From a bacterium (GTDB lineage: Bacteria > Hinthialibacterota > Hinthialibacteria > Hinthialibacterales > Hinthialibacteraceae), in contig CAXXSM010000053.1 of assembly GCA_963663405.2 (NCBI GenBank), forward strand, positions 194,568-258,567: a DNA stretch of 64,000 nt, in the 5' to 3' direction. Shown piece by piece: positions 38,993 to 50,292 of the stretch. The notes beneath the pieces are model-generated. The model did no database searches, was not told where the DNA came from, and was given only the letters and a program-made list of their open reading frames with translations. The stretch's first letter is position 1; the number at the start of each line of letters is the position of its first letter. A program made the translations under genes and the position numbers.

Positions 38993-41788
38993 CTACTTTT
39001 TTAGCCCATCTTATTTCTCCAAAGACTTTGAACTCGGTGATTCCTGTGGTTGTTTTTTCTTTTTTGCCGGTGATTGTGATTCGGATGTAGCGGATGGAGT
39101 TGGCTTTGTAGTAGTGGCGTTGGATTTGGGATTTGTCCTCTGTTTCTGTTTTGTCTATTAATAGAGTCCATTCCTGGTTGTTTTGGGAGCCTTCGATTTT
39201 GTATTGGTATTCTCCATCTCCGGTTTCCCAATGGATTTCTGAGCCGGTTAGGTTGTGTGTGATACCTAAATCGATTTGGAGCCATTGGCCCTTTTCTTCA
39301 CTTGTCCGCGCGCCAGGCCGTGTTGGTTTTTCCATCCGTGGTGAAAAACGGGAGGGTGTTGTTCGGCGCTGGATGAGGCGGAGGCGGATTTGATTTTGGC
39401 TAGGTTTGTATAGCCGCTTCCGAGATTGCGGAGGGAGGAAACTTTCGAAGATTCCGAAAATTTCGTTATATTCGAGATCGCCTCCAAGATGGTGGCCTCC
39501 GGAAGTGTCCAAAGCGAGTTCGACTTGGGACGCTTTGCCCCGCTTTGACCAATTCGCTGTACACTTTGATTGTGTCTTGGAAGAGCACGTTGGTGTCTTC
39601 CACGCCGTGGATGAGCAACAGCCGCCCTTTTAAGTTTTTGGCGAGGGGGAGCAGGGAGAATTTCCGTTGATCGGGTTTATTGACTTCGGATTCGTCGATG
39701 GTGATGCTTGTGTAACTGCCATAATAGTTTTCCCATTCCGTCGGCCCGGCGCCGGCCATGCCGACGGTGAATACGTCCGGTTTGGTGTAGAGGGCCATCT
39801 GCGTGACGAAGCCACCAAAACTCCAGCCGTAGAGGGCGACGCGCGTGGGATCGCCGTTGAATTCTTTGACGAGATAGTCGAACGCCCTCAGCGAGGTCTT
39901 CAACTTGGGGTTTGCCGGGATGCTGCCAATTCGCGTTTTCAAAGAGGGCTCCATAGTTGGAACTGCCGCGTGGATCGATGACCGCCGCGATATAGCCGTG
40001 GCGTTTGGCCATGTACATCGGGAAGCGGTAATTGTATAGTACACCGAATCCGCCGTACGTCACCATGCCGTTCGATCCCAAAGGCCCTCCGTAGGTGTAA
40101 ATCATGACCGGGGATTTATCCCCTTCGACCGGTCCGGGGGCAGGAAGACCATGCCGTGGATGGTGGTGCCCATGTTGGTTTTTATAGGAAAACAGTTGGG
40201 GTTCCAGTTGTTTGAGTTTGGGGGTGTCTTTGGGATGCGAATCGGTGATGATGGTTTCTGTGGGAGAATGAATATCACCGGCGGCTAATTCAAGCAGCTG
40301 ATTCCAATTGGTGAACAACGCCGCGTATTGCGTTCCATCCTTGGATACTACTGGGTTGGAATAGAGGCCGTCTCTTTTGTCATGCGGGTCATCTCTCCAC
40401 TTACTACATCCACCGCGTATAGATCCCGCCGGACGAGGTGTTCTTTGTTGGCCAACACATACAATGTTGTTCCTTCTTCATTGAATGAAATGGGATCGGC
40501 GTTGAAATTGCCTTTGAGGATGGGGATTTTTCCTTCGGTGATTGGATCGATGAGCCAGGGCTGGCGGAAACCGGTGTCTTCAAAAACCGCGAGAACGTAC
40601 CGCCCATCGGGCGTAAATTCCGGATCGACTCGTTCCGGGGAGCGCTGGGCGGCGCTGTTGCGGGCGTGGTGCACGATTTTGGCGGGGTCTGTTGAATCGA
40701 CATCCGCGGCGTAGATGATGATCTCTTCGGTTTGTGGATTGTACGTGCGGAAGACAAGTTTCTTGTTATCTTTCGACCATTTGGGATCGGTGATCCGCAG
40801 TTTTTCATCGCCGCCTGGATGATGGAATAATTCAATGGCGGTTTCTTCCGTTCCGTTGTGGATGGGATCGCTGACTTTTTGCATATAGACCCACCGTTCG
40901 TTTTCGGCGGGTTTTGGATCTTCCGCCAAGGGGCGATCGTGTTGTTTAAATTTCGCGAACCGGTCACGGTATGTGACGTATCCTACTTTCCGGGTGTTGA
41001 CGTTGCCGTCTTTTGATTTCGAGGTGACGATGGCCAGCCATTGTTGATCGGACGAGAGGATTTTTCTTTCGATTTGTTGATCGGAGGGCGTGTTGGGGGA
41101 GATCTCTTCGATATACGAATTTCCAAACCGAAAGCGTATCAATGTGAAGCCACACCAGAAAATATAGCCGTCTCCCTCTTTTGTGAATGAGAAATTTACT
41201 TCATGTTCTTTGGTTTTGGTTAATCGTTCAATTGTATCGTTTTCGATGTCAAAACGGTATAGGTCGTTTTTGTAATTGACGATCATTTCCAGCGCGGTCT
41301 CTGACCAGACGAATGAGGTTACTCCAGCATACTCTGGTATTTCTTCATCGGGGAGAAACCGGCGCGTTCTCTTTATCATTATCTTCTTTTTGTTTTTTCT
41401 TTTGATCTTCGGATATCTTGTATGCGTCTTCTTCGAAGGAGGCGAAGGTTTCGACCGTGGTCAAGGCGCGGGTGGTTTTTGTTTTTGTATCATACAGCCA
41501 GATATCGTATCCGGTGGCTTCAAAGATGTTCCAACGGTAGGCGAGGAGGCTGCTATCATACGACCAAGCTAAATCGCTGGGGGTTTTCCCGAACAACTTG
41601 TCATTTTCAAACAGGTTTTCGAGGGTGAGTTCAATATTTTCGATCTTTTTTATTTCTTGGGCGCCGTTTTCTGTTTCAGAACGGACGTGAATGTCCGCCG
41701 CTATGGATAGATTTGTAAAAGCAATACTGATCAACGCCGCCGCCAGCTGGGCAATCCACATATTCTTTCTTTGGCGATTACTTGTCAT
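38979..41788 (-). CDS. S9 (DPP-IV-like) peptidase with C-terminal discoidin domain; at least 4 frameshifts
   Basis: Signal peptide; propeller region; YTYGGP, IDPRGSSNYG, GWSFGG (Ser), HGVEDTNV (Asp), GGHHL (His); then WLQIDLG...YQYKIEGS...RYIRITITG. Confidence 0.85.
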
Positions 41789-41940
41789 TTTATTTCTCCA
41801 TGCTTGTTTTCAGGAATTTATTTAGCGTATTAAGGTTTCATGAATGAGGCAAGGTTTCTTCGTTTTCCTTCATCGAATTTGGCGTATGCTAATAAGCCGA
41901 AGAGATCGAACCCTAAAGCCATTTATGTGAATCGGATAAA

Positions 41941-43867
41941 ATGTATCGAATTTTAAATCCTTGTCGTAGATGCATTTGGATATTCAATTATAAACAAAAG
42001 TATTCTTGCCGTTGGGATTGGGGTTTTATTGTTCATACCATTTTCGAGCGAATCAAAGATTGTTTATGTCAAGAAACGGACGCCACAAACGAACGCGACA
42101 GGCGCCTCGTGGAAAGAATCTCTCGATTCCATTGTGCGGGCGATTGACGTGGCTGGACCGGGGGATGAAATTTGGGTGGCTGAAGGACGGTACCGGCAAA
42201 ATGAGATTGTATTGAAATCCGGTCAAACGTTTCGTGGTGGTTTTACTGGAAACGAGACTCAAACTGCGCAGCGAAGTTGGGGCGAGAATCGATCCATTCT
42301 TGAAAACGCCGGAAGTCAGACGCCGATTTTGCTTGGTGTGGACGATACTGTGATCGATGGATTTACATTCACCGGAGCGAAAGTTTGCGCGGCGCAATGT
42401 ACGGGAACATCGCCGAAGTTTTTGAACTGCGCATTCATCAAGAATGAAGGAACAATGGGAGGGGGAGTGATGGTAAATGAAAAATCAAACGCCTCCTTTT
42501 CCAATTGTCTATTCGCAGAGAACCAAGCGCAGACTGGATCCGGTCTATTCATCGCCAACGCCTCGCCTGTGATTAAAAATTGCACATTTTCAATGAACCT
42601 AACAACGGATACTGAGAAGCTATTCGGTGGAGGCGCCCTGAGCTGCGCGATTGGCTCCGCGCCTATGATTGAGGACTGCTTGTTTGAAAGAAATCAGGGG
42701 CATTGCGCGGGGGGCGTTTTATCAGGTGTTGAATCAGGATTTCCAATCTTTCATTATTGTCTTTTTCGCTGGAATCACTCGAAAACGAATGGGGGCGCCG
42801 CCGCGTTGGTTGGAGGAACCGCTATTTTTCAAGACTGTGTTTTTACATTTAATTCGGCGGAAGAACGAGGTGGGGCTCTGAGTTCGAGTGAGGCCAATTC
42901 CAGAATACAATCCTGTACGTTTGTGAAGAATGGATGTTTTAAAGAGCATACAGTAGGAGGTGGATTATTTGTATTAGGTGGGCGCTTTGAATTATCCGAT
43001 TCCCTTCTGCAAAACAATTTCTCCTTCCTTGCTGGAGGGGCCGCGTTCCGTAAACTTGAGCAAGGCGTTATTCAGCGTTGCATTATTAGAAACAATTGTT
43101 CGCAGAAAGCCTCTGGGGGATTACATATTGAAGAATCTGAGAATGTAGTTGTGGATCGTTGTGACATATACGCCAATTTCGCTCATGATATTGGGGGGGG
43201 TATTTTAATTGGTGATCACTCAAGAGCATTGTTGACAAGATGTCAAATACATAACAACGTTCTTTTTAAGAACAACGGCGCCGGCGCCGGCGCGGGTGTC
43301 ATCAAACAATCAGAGGCGCACTTTAGAAATTGTACGATTCGGAGAAATCGATGTCACGAATGGTACAGCGCAGGGGGAGGAGTCGCTCTTGTGGACCAGT
43401 CTACTTCGACGGTGGGCTTTTGTGATTTTAGTCATAATTTTGCGCGGATGGGATCGGGGATTGGAGCGAGGCGATCTTCAAGTCTATATATTCAGAACTG
43501 CACTTTGTTTGGTCTTTCGTCCCGGTTTACCATTGGAATTGATTATATTGAGGATCATTCAGAGTTAAAAATCAGCAATTGTCTTATTTGCAATTACGAT
43601 ATGATTTCACCCATTTTGAAATCCGGAGAATGGAATGTATTTGTGTTTAAAGACAGTGAAACGGGGACGCTGGCCGATTTCCATCTGGCTGATTTGGGAT
43701 TACGTGATCCACAAGCGGGAGATTTTACCTTACAAGAAGGCTCTCCTCTCATTGACGCAGGCGCCGGGACGGCGCCGATTGGAGAGAATGTTCCGTTTGA
43801 TGGTGACGGAGATGGTATCAGTCAGTGGGATATTGGCGCCCATGAATACCGGCCTAAAACGCCATGA
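41941..43867 (+). CDS. Secreted right-handed beta-helix repeat protein with choice-of-anchor-Q-like C-terminus (start uncertain)
   Basis: GASWK..DEIWVAEGRY; many GGG..N C.F..N repeats; DFTLQEGSPLIDAG...DIGAHE. A hydrophobic signal-like stretch lies in frame upstream of 42029. Confidence 0.8.
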
Positions 43868-43949
43868 TATCATTGACCGGGGCAGACTGCGTTTTGCCCC
43901 GTGCGCCCATGGTTGTGATAAGTGATCAAAGGGCCGGCGCTGGGGCGGA

Positions 43950-46900
43950 TCAATTATTGATGATGAGTTCAACGCCGCATAGAACCGGCTGACTTTGGAG
44001 AGTCGTAGGCGCCAGATCAATGACAAGGTTTTCCGCGATGGACACATCTTGGAATTCTTTGATCAATACCCGCTTGGGGGAGCCCGTTTCTTTTACGATA
44101 TCAAGATTACGCAGAACTCGTAAGTTTTGCAGCGAGACATCAAAGACGCGGGCGCCGGGTTGGGCGTTTGTATCCGGTTCCATGAAGATCAATCGAACTG
44201 TATAGAGTGAGTCCGGCCGGGGATTTTTTGTAAGAGGGATTGTGAGTTGTCTTATCCCTTCAGCGCCTGAGGCGGCGACCCATTTTAACTCCTCACCACT
44301 GACCCAGATCGAATGATGGCGGAAATAGTGAATCTCTTCCGGCTCCGTTTGTATCTCAATTTCGGGGGAAGGGCTTCCTGCGAGAGGGTATTCAAGCCAG
44401 AGCGTTCCATTGCCGGTTTTTCTGTCCCCAGGCGCTCCCAGGTTGATTCCGATTTGTTGTATGGGCGCGCCGGTCCACTCGAATGAATTGAACGTCCACA
44501 CTTCCACATCGGGATCATGGATCATTGCCAGCGACGTTTGATTTTGGTAACTGCACGAGCAGGTGCGAGTATAGTCCGGGGCGTTGAGAACGCCATTCGC
44601 GATGATGAGGTTGGATGTGCAACTCGATTTAAAGCCGCCAAAGTTGCCCGTGCCTCCATCCTGCGCTAAATCAAAAAAACCCGCGGCTGCAGAGCGAAAG
44701 GTAAGGAGATGTTCACTTGCGATCGCGTAATTACAGCCATAATTCCGGGTGAAGGTCCAAGGCGCGCGCTCTCCTGTGAGGGGATTGTCGCGTTGGATTG
44801 GTTCTCCTGTGCGCAGGTCATAGGCGTTTGGATTCGTGATAATCGATTCACCGTGAATGACAAGAGGAGAAGAGTAAGACGCTTCGTTTTCCCAGAGTCG
44901 AGCGCCGTTATTTCCAGTATAAGCCACCATGCCTTTCGAGGGCTCATCGACGGTCATATCTCTCGATGCGCGTCCTGACTCCACCAGAATGTCTAACGGT
45001 TCGGAATATCCCAACCAAGTTCCAAAGACGTTTTCCGTTTTGCTCCATAGGATATCGCCATTGTGGATGTTGAAAGCTATTATCCGGGGGGAACCTGTGA
45101 AGGTTATGCCTCTTCGTTTCATTTTGTTTTGGACGTGATCGGGTATTTTATCGATGCAGAATAGCTTCCCATTTCCCATGGCGATCGCGTTATGCCGCAG
45201 ACCTAAACTGGATTGGAATGTCCATCGTATGGCGCCGGTATGCCGGTCCATTATGATGAGACTTTTGCTTGCGGATGTATCGAAATCGTAGAACATTCTC
45301 CTTTTTTCTGAAATATCCGCATCGATTTCAAAAAGAGGTTTGTAATAAACAAATTCGGCGCCTGCGACCAGGTAGTCTTGATAGACGCCGATATAGCCCC
45401 AGTCCGGTGGGGTGTCTTTGCCAGGAAGGGTGGGGAGTGCGATCGTGTTGATCGTCTCACCCGTGGCTGGATCGAGAACGAGGCATTGACTTCCTTGGAT
45501 GATATACACTCCATCACTCGTTACGACGTAGTTCGTTCCCCGCGCGTTCGCGCCAGGAATGTGGATCTGGTTGTAAGCGGGACTGAGCGGCGTGTCTTGA
45601 TAGGTATGATCGAAATAGACGCCATAGTTGCCTAAATTGGGAAGAGTCCGCTTCCATAGCACCCGGCCCGTGTAAACATCCCGCGCGCTGAGACAGTCCA
45701 TGCCTTGAATGATGAGACGCCCATCCATTACCTGTTCGGGGGGGCCATGACCATGCCTTGGCAACACATCCATGTTTGAATTGCCGCCGAACCAGAGGAT
45801 ACCCAGTGGAAGTTTGACTCGTCGATCGTTGGATTTGATGGTATTGGCGGCGTTACCGTATTGATGGGTCCAATCGGCGGAACCGGTGAGAGCGCCTTCT
45901 CGAACGAGCTGGAATTGATCCGCGGTTTCGTAGATCTTCGCGTTGGGTAAATTCAGCTGATTGATGGTTCGGATGAGAGAGACGCGGTCATTCTCACCGG
46001 CTTTGAAGCAAGCGGCGCCACCATAAGGACGCAGACTGCGAAAGATATGGTTCCAAAAGGTTTCATCGTTTCCTCTATTCGCCGCTTGGTAATCTTCGAT
46101 GACTGTTAGACTGGCGAGGTAAGGAGGGGCTTCCAATGTGACTGGATCGCCGGTCAGAACCGTCAACCGTTTCCCGTATAAACCTGACTCGGTAAATCGT
46201 CTTCGAAGGCGGTCCACTTTCGCGGGATCGGGATCGGCGGCGATGACGCGCAGTTTGGATTGACGAACGAGCGCCTCGGCTAGATCGCCATTTGTAAGTC
46301 CATAGACCAGGCAGTATCCTTCATGAATACCGGTTGTTTTGAGGATGGTTTCCGCTTCACTCACAATGGAATCGGGGAGGGGATCGCTTTTGGTTTCATT
46401 TGGGTAGAATTTCGTTTCAATCTCTTCACCGCCGAAGCAATAGAGGCGCCCTTCCAGCGTCACGGCATAGAGCCGGTCATTCGCTGCAACGATCCGGGCG
46501 GCAGTACCTTCGATTGGGGCTTGCCACGCCAATCTTGGGGAGCCGCCAGTGGTGGGCAGGTCAATCGCGGATATGCAATTTTGGCCCCCTGCGTAGAGCC
46601 GGTTTCCGGCTTTAATTAGATCGCCAGTTGCGTCGATCTTCATTTCCCACAATGTGTCGAGCACCCACTTTTTTTTCGTAACGAGTTTGACTTCGTTGGT
46701 TCGTCTATCCCGTTCTGTTGTTTCGTATTCGATCTGTCTCAGATTTGCGAAGTCATGGGCGATGATGGTTTCTCCCATGCTGTATAGGGCTGTTTCCGTC
46801 AAAACGGGGATCTTGCCGAATTGCGGAAGCACCAGATCGCCTTCGTTTATGTCGTAGAGGCTGGTGACAAAATCGCGGTGATAGTTGACATATTTATCCC

Positions 46901-47747
46901 CGATCGCGGCGACAAAAGCGCCACCGGTTTTGTTGTGTTCCGCGAAACGGTAGTAGAGATAGGCGCCGGTTTTTAGATCGAAACAGGCTGGAACCGAGCG
47001 CCCGCCGGGAACGAGTAAGCGATCTCCAGCGATGGTGAGGTATCCTTGGGGGGCGACATTGGCGAAGGAGGGGGAGTTGTGAGGTTGTTTGATGTATATA
47101 AAGCCGAAACCATCATTAGTCCAGATTTCTTCACCGGTCTCCGCGTCCAACGCGTATAAAAACACGCCCATGAACGGCCAGATGCCGGCGCCGAAATAGA
47201 TGATTCCATCTTTCAACACCGGCGCGCCCCGCATGGGCCATGTGGAGATCAAGCGCTCGTTTCCCAACACTTTGCGATGCGATGGGACAGCGCGGAATTT
47301 CCAATTGAGCGTTCCCTTTCCGGCGTCCAGGCAATAGAGGCAGCCGTCGTCACAGGCGAAATAGAGGTTTCCATTGGAGGCGATGGGAGAGAAGCGGATC
47401 GGTCCATCCGCATGGAATGTCCATTTTTCCGCGCCTGTGTTCGCGTTTAAGGCGACGATCCGGTCGTATGCGTTCGAAGCGATAAAGAGCGTTTCTCCAT
47501 ACACAACCGGCTCGTAGACTTTGTCATACTGCATTAAATCCAAGTTGAGAGGATCATCCCAGACGGGATCGAGCGCGGGGTATTCTCGTATCCATTGTGC
47601 GTAGAGTTGTTCGGGAAGCTCCTGTGGAGAAGCGGCGCTGTGGTTCGCATCATAGCGCCACATCGGCCAGTCGGCGCTATTTGCATCTATATAACTGCTT
47701 AGTAACAATGAAGTCAACGCAAACCATCGAAATATATATACTTTCAT
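43950..47747 (-). CDS. Secreted tandem PQQ-like beta-propeller protein with methyltransferase-like middle domain and C-terminal malectin-like domain
   Basis: DWPMWRYD, ALDAETGEEIW, GYCLVYG...LRPYGG, DWTHQYG, RNYGC/SSC/TCSCSY, YTVRLIFME...GARVFDVSLQ. Confidence 0.85.
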   Translation of the reverse strand: MKVYIFRWFALTSLLLSSYIDANSADWPMWRYDANHSAASPQELPEQLYAQWIREYPALDPVWDDPLNLDLMQYDKVYEPVVYGETLFIASNAYDRIVALNANTGAEKWTFHADGPIRFSPIASNGNLYFACDDGCLYCLDAGKGTLNWKFRAVPSHRKVLGNERLISTWPMRGAPVLKDGIIYFGAGIWPFMGVFLYALDAETGEEIWTNDGFGFIYIKQPHNSPSFANVAPQGYLTIAGDRLLVPGGRSVPACFDLKTGAYLYYRFAEHNKTGGAFVAAIGDKYVNYHRDFVTSLYDINEGDLVLPQFGKIPVLTETALYSMGETIIAHDFANLRQIEYETTERDRRTNEVKLVTKKKWVLDTLWEMKIDATGDLIKAGNRLYAGGQNCISAIDLPTTGGSPRLAWQAPIEGTAARIVAANDRLYAVTLEGRLYCFGGEEIETKFYPNETKSDPLPDSIVSEAETILKTTGIHEGYCLVYGLTNGDLAEALVRQSKLRVIAADPDPAKVDRLRRRFTESGLYGKRLTVLTGDPVTLEAPPYLASLTVIEDYQAANRGNDETFWNHIFRSLRPYGGAACFKAGENDRVSLIRTINQLNLPNAKIYETADQFQLVREGALTGSADWTHQYGNAANTIKSNDRRVKLPLGILWFGGNSNMDVLPRHGHGPPEQVMDGRLIIQGMDCLSARDVYTGRVLWKRTLPNLGNYGVYFDHTYQDTPLSPAYNQIHIPGANARGTNYVVTSDGVYIIQGSQCLVLDPATGETINTIALPTLPGKDTPPDWGYIGVYQDYLVAGAEFVYYKPLFEIDADISEKRRMFYDFDTSASKSLIIMDRHTGAIRWTFQSSLGLRHNAIAMGNGKLFCIDKIPDHVQNKMKRRGITFTGSPRIIAFNIHNGDILWSKTENVFGTWLGYSEPLDILVESGRASRDMTVDEPSKGMVAYTGNNGARLWENEASYSSPLVIHGESIITNPNAYDLRTGEPIQRDNPLTGERAPWTFTRNYGCNYAIASEHLLTFRSAAAGFFDLAQDGGTGNFGGFKSSCTSNLIIANGVLNAPDYTRTCSCSYQNQTSLAMIHDPDVEVWTFNSFEWTGAPIQQIGINLGAPGDRKTGNGTLWLEYPLAGSPSPEIEIQTEPEEIHYFRHHSIWVSGEELKWVAASGAEGIRQLTIPLTKNPRPDSLYTVRLIFMEPDTNAQPGARVFDVSLQNLRVLRNLDIVKETGSPKRVLIKEFQDVSIAENLVIDLAPTTLQSQPVLCGVELIINN

Positions 47748-48089
47748 ATATCAATCCTATTGGCATATCAACGTGTCTTGTACGTTTGTGAATGTAAATG
47801 TAGTCGATTGTTCTCGTGTATTAACTTATACAATGTAATTATTTGATTGGCTCGAATGTTTTTGTTAGGATTGTATTAGCTGATTGGTTTCTATGATAAA
47901 ACCAATGATTGTTAATACGCGCATTATTCATTGAGCAATCATAACAAAAATATTAATTCATTCGAACGAATCATGACGCTTTCATGTAATAAGAAAGTTT
48001 ATCGTTATGAGGATAGATCGCAACGGTTTTGGAGCGAGTTTATGAGTTGGAGATATGGTGGAAAATGCGTTGTTACGCCTATGTCTCAA

Positions 48090-49518
48090 TTACTGTGGCT
48101 GTCCTGGTTTGGGGAATTTCTTTGATGTGTCATCCAGTAGTAATACCCAATCGTTTCCTCGTTTTGGCTCGTGGGGTGGATTGAAGGTTTGCGTTCCTTC
48201 GTTTTTATATGTTTCGATTTTTTCCGCTTTTCCCTCGCGGGGATCGAACCACCAGGCTTTTACTTCTTTGCCGGAAATCGTTCCCATTTGGATTGTGAAG
48301 GTATGTCCATACGGCGTATAGATCATGGCGTAATCATCCCCACGGGTGGCTATGATATACGCGCCTGGTTCTTCCGGCTGAGGAGAAGCGAGCAGCGTTT
48401 GATCGGGAACGCGAGTGAAGAAGGGGCGTGATTCCATTAAATCCCTGATATGCGTCATATCCCATGAAGCGGGCAGATCGAGCACATCGTACCAATTGTT
48501 ACGCGCCGATGAAATCGGTTTGCGGCCAGGGGTCATCATTTGCCAGATATCATGACAGCCATAGGTGATTCCAAAGCCTCCCGCGAAGACACCCCAATAG
48601 GCGGCCTGACGCACGTCGAAATCCATGAACCAGCCGTTTTCCGGTTTCCAATTTACGGGATGGTTTTCATAGCGGGGTTCGCCGTCGATGCAAGGTTTTG
48701 GTTGGCTTCCGGTTGTAATCTTTCGCAATGGCGTTGTAGTTTGGATTGTCCAAGGAAGCGTGACCGGATTGCAGCATGTTGAAATCCAGCCACGAATCGT
48801 TATGGAACCATTCGGAAGAGGAGTGACCGCCCTGGGGGTGGCAAGTGATCAAATGTTTTCCGGCGTCTCCGTCTCGCAGTCCTTTGGCCATCGATCGCCA
48901 GATTGGCTCATAGTCTTTGGCGTTGCGGTCTCCGATGAGAATCCAGATGATGTTGGGTTTATTTTTATAGCGGTTTCCGAGGAATTTACCAAATTGATGC
49001 GCGGCGTCTAGGTTTTCGTTGGTAAAAACAACCGGACCAACGCCCCAGGCTTTTGTCACTTTATCGCCCCATGTAGGCAGCATCCCGATGAAAAGCCCTT
49101 TTTTCTCCGCTTGATTGACGATGAAGTCGACGTGTTTAAAATAGGCTTCATTTGGTTTGGTGGGATTATTATTGATGAGAGGTTTATCGCCGTACGCGTT
49201 GGGCGTGTTTATTCCATCCAGTTCGGCTAAGACCACAGATTGGATGACCGTGAATCCTTTTTTGCGGCGATTCTCAAGATAGGTTTCGGCTTCTTCTCTG
49301 TTCAACCGGTGGAAGAGTTCCCACGCTGTGTCGCCGAGGTAGAAGAAGGGGGTTCCGTCTTTGTGCATGAGAAAGCGTTTGTTGGTTGAGACCTGTATAT
49401 CTCCATGTGAAAAATCAATTGAAGGGCCGGAGTGGATTGTTTTGGCATGAATTCCATATGGGAGAGCATATATAAATATTATAAGCAAGGTGATTGTCAC
49501 AATGGCCGTTTGTTTCAT
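48090..49518 (-). CDS. GH140 (apiosidase-like, DUF4038) glycoside hydrolase with C-terminal domain; one frameshift near 48700
   Basis: PFFYLGDTAWELFHRL, KGFTVIQ, MLPTWG, LDFNMLQSGH, DGEPRYE, TYGCHDIWQ, AWWFDPREG, DWVLLL. Confidence 0.9.
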
Positions 49519-49586
49519 TGTTTTTTCTCCATGACATTGCTAGCGCAGGATATGGAAGGAAAAGTCTGTTTATGTGTGTATTGCGT

Positions 49587-50162
49587 TCATGAATTCGTAT
49601 AGCGAACTTGTGACTGACTTGGATTCTTGAATTGTTCTTTCACGGATTGATATTTTTCCAAGGCCTCTTCAAATTGGATTTTTGTTAATTCCAAATATTT
49701 ATTCACTTCATCCACATAACCGTCTGTGGAGGCTGACCAGACGCGGTTTAGATAGCGTTCTCCCGCGGCGAAATATCCCATGATATCGGCGTATTGTTGG
49801 AGTCCGTAGCGATGGGCGAGGCTTTTTCTCGCTTCAACGAAACGGCTGAGATCTTCGGTGAAGAGACGGTCGATTTCTTGATGCGCGTCATAGGTGTCGA
49901 GAGATGATTTTTCCGCGTTTAATGTGCGTATATTGGTGACGATGTTGTTTAAACTGGCTTCCAGCATCTCCAAGTTTTGGTCCAACACATGCGCGGCGGT
50001 TGTGGAATCCGCTATATTTTTCCGCAGCAGGATGATGCCGAATACCATGAAGAGCAGAGAAAAACTGTACATACTCCATTGGACGATTTGTTCGTCAAGC
50101 ACGGCGGCGATTGCGCTTACCAAGAAGCCAACGGTTATGATGATGTATCCGAGTGCTTTCAT
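49587..50162 (-). CDS. Hypothetical protein with two N-terminal TMs and a helical C-terminus
   Basis: MKALGYIIITVGFL...; FAAGERYLNRVWSASTDGYVDE; lies downstream of the OPT gene on the same strand. Confidence 0.75.
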   Translation of the reverse strand: MKALGYIIITVGFLVSAIAAVLDEQIVQWSMYSFSLLFMVFGIILLRKNIADSTTAAHVLDQNLEMLEASLNNIVTNIRTLNAEKSSLDTYDAHQEIDRLFTEDLSRFVEARKSLAHRYGLQQYADIMGYFAAGERYLNRVWSASTDGYVDEVNKYLELTKIQFEEALEKYQSVKEQFKNPSQSQVRYTNS

Positions 50163-50180
50163 TTTTTTTCTTCTTTTTCT

Positions 50181-50224
50181 TTTGTCTGAATCTGGATGCC
50201 CAGGATTTGCAGGATATTCAGGAT
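50181..50224. repeat. Half copy of family C element
   Basis: tttgtctgaatctggat...gcaggatattcaggat matches the reverse complement of 38842-38885 in two blocks of 17 and 16 nt. Confidence 0.75.
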
Positions 50225-50292
50225 TCTTATTTATGGCTTTGTTCCGTATTTTCCGACCGTTCTGGTAAAGATATTGTAATAATTCTGTCATC

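Noticed and set aside
50163-50291. N-terminal extension of ORF 49587-50291 (NPEYPANPGHPDSD)
   Set aside because: It is a translation of the family C repeat; the ATG at 50162 preceding the TM segment is the more plausible start.
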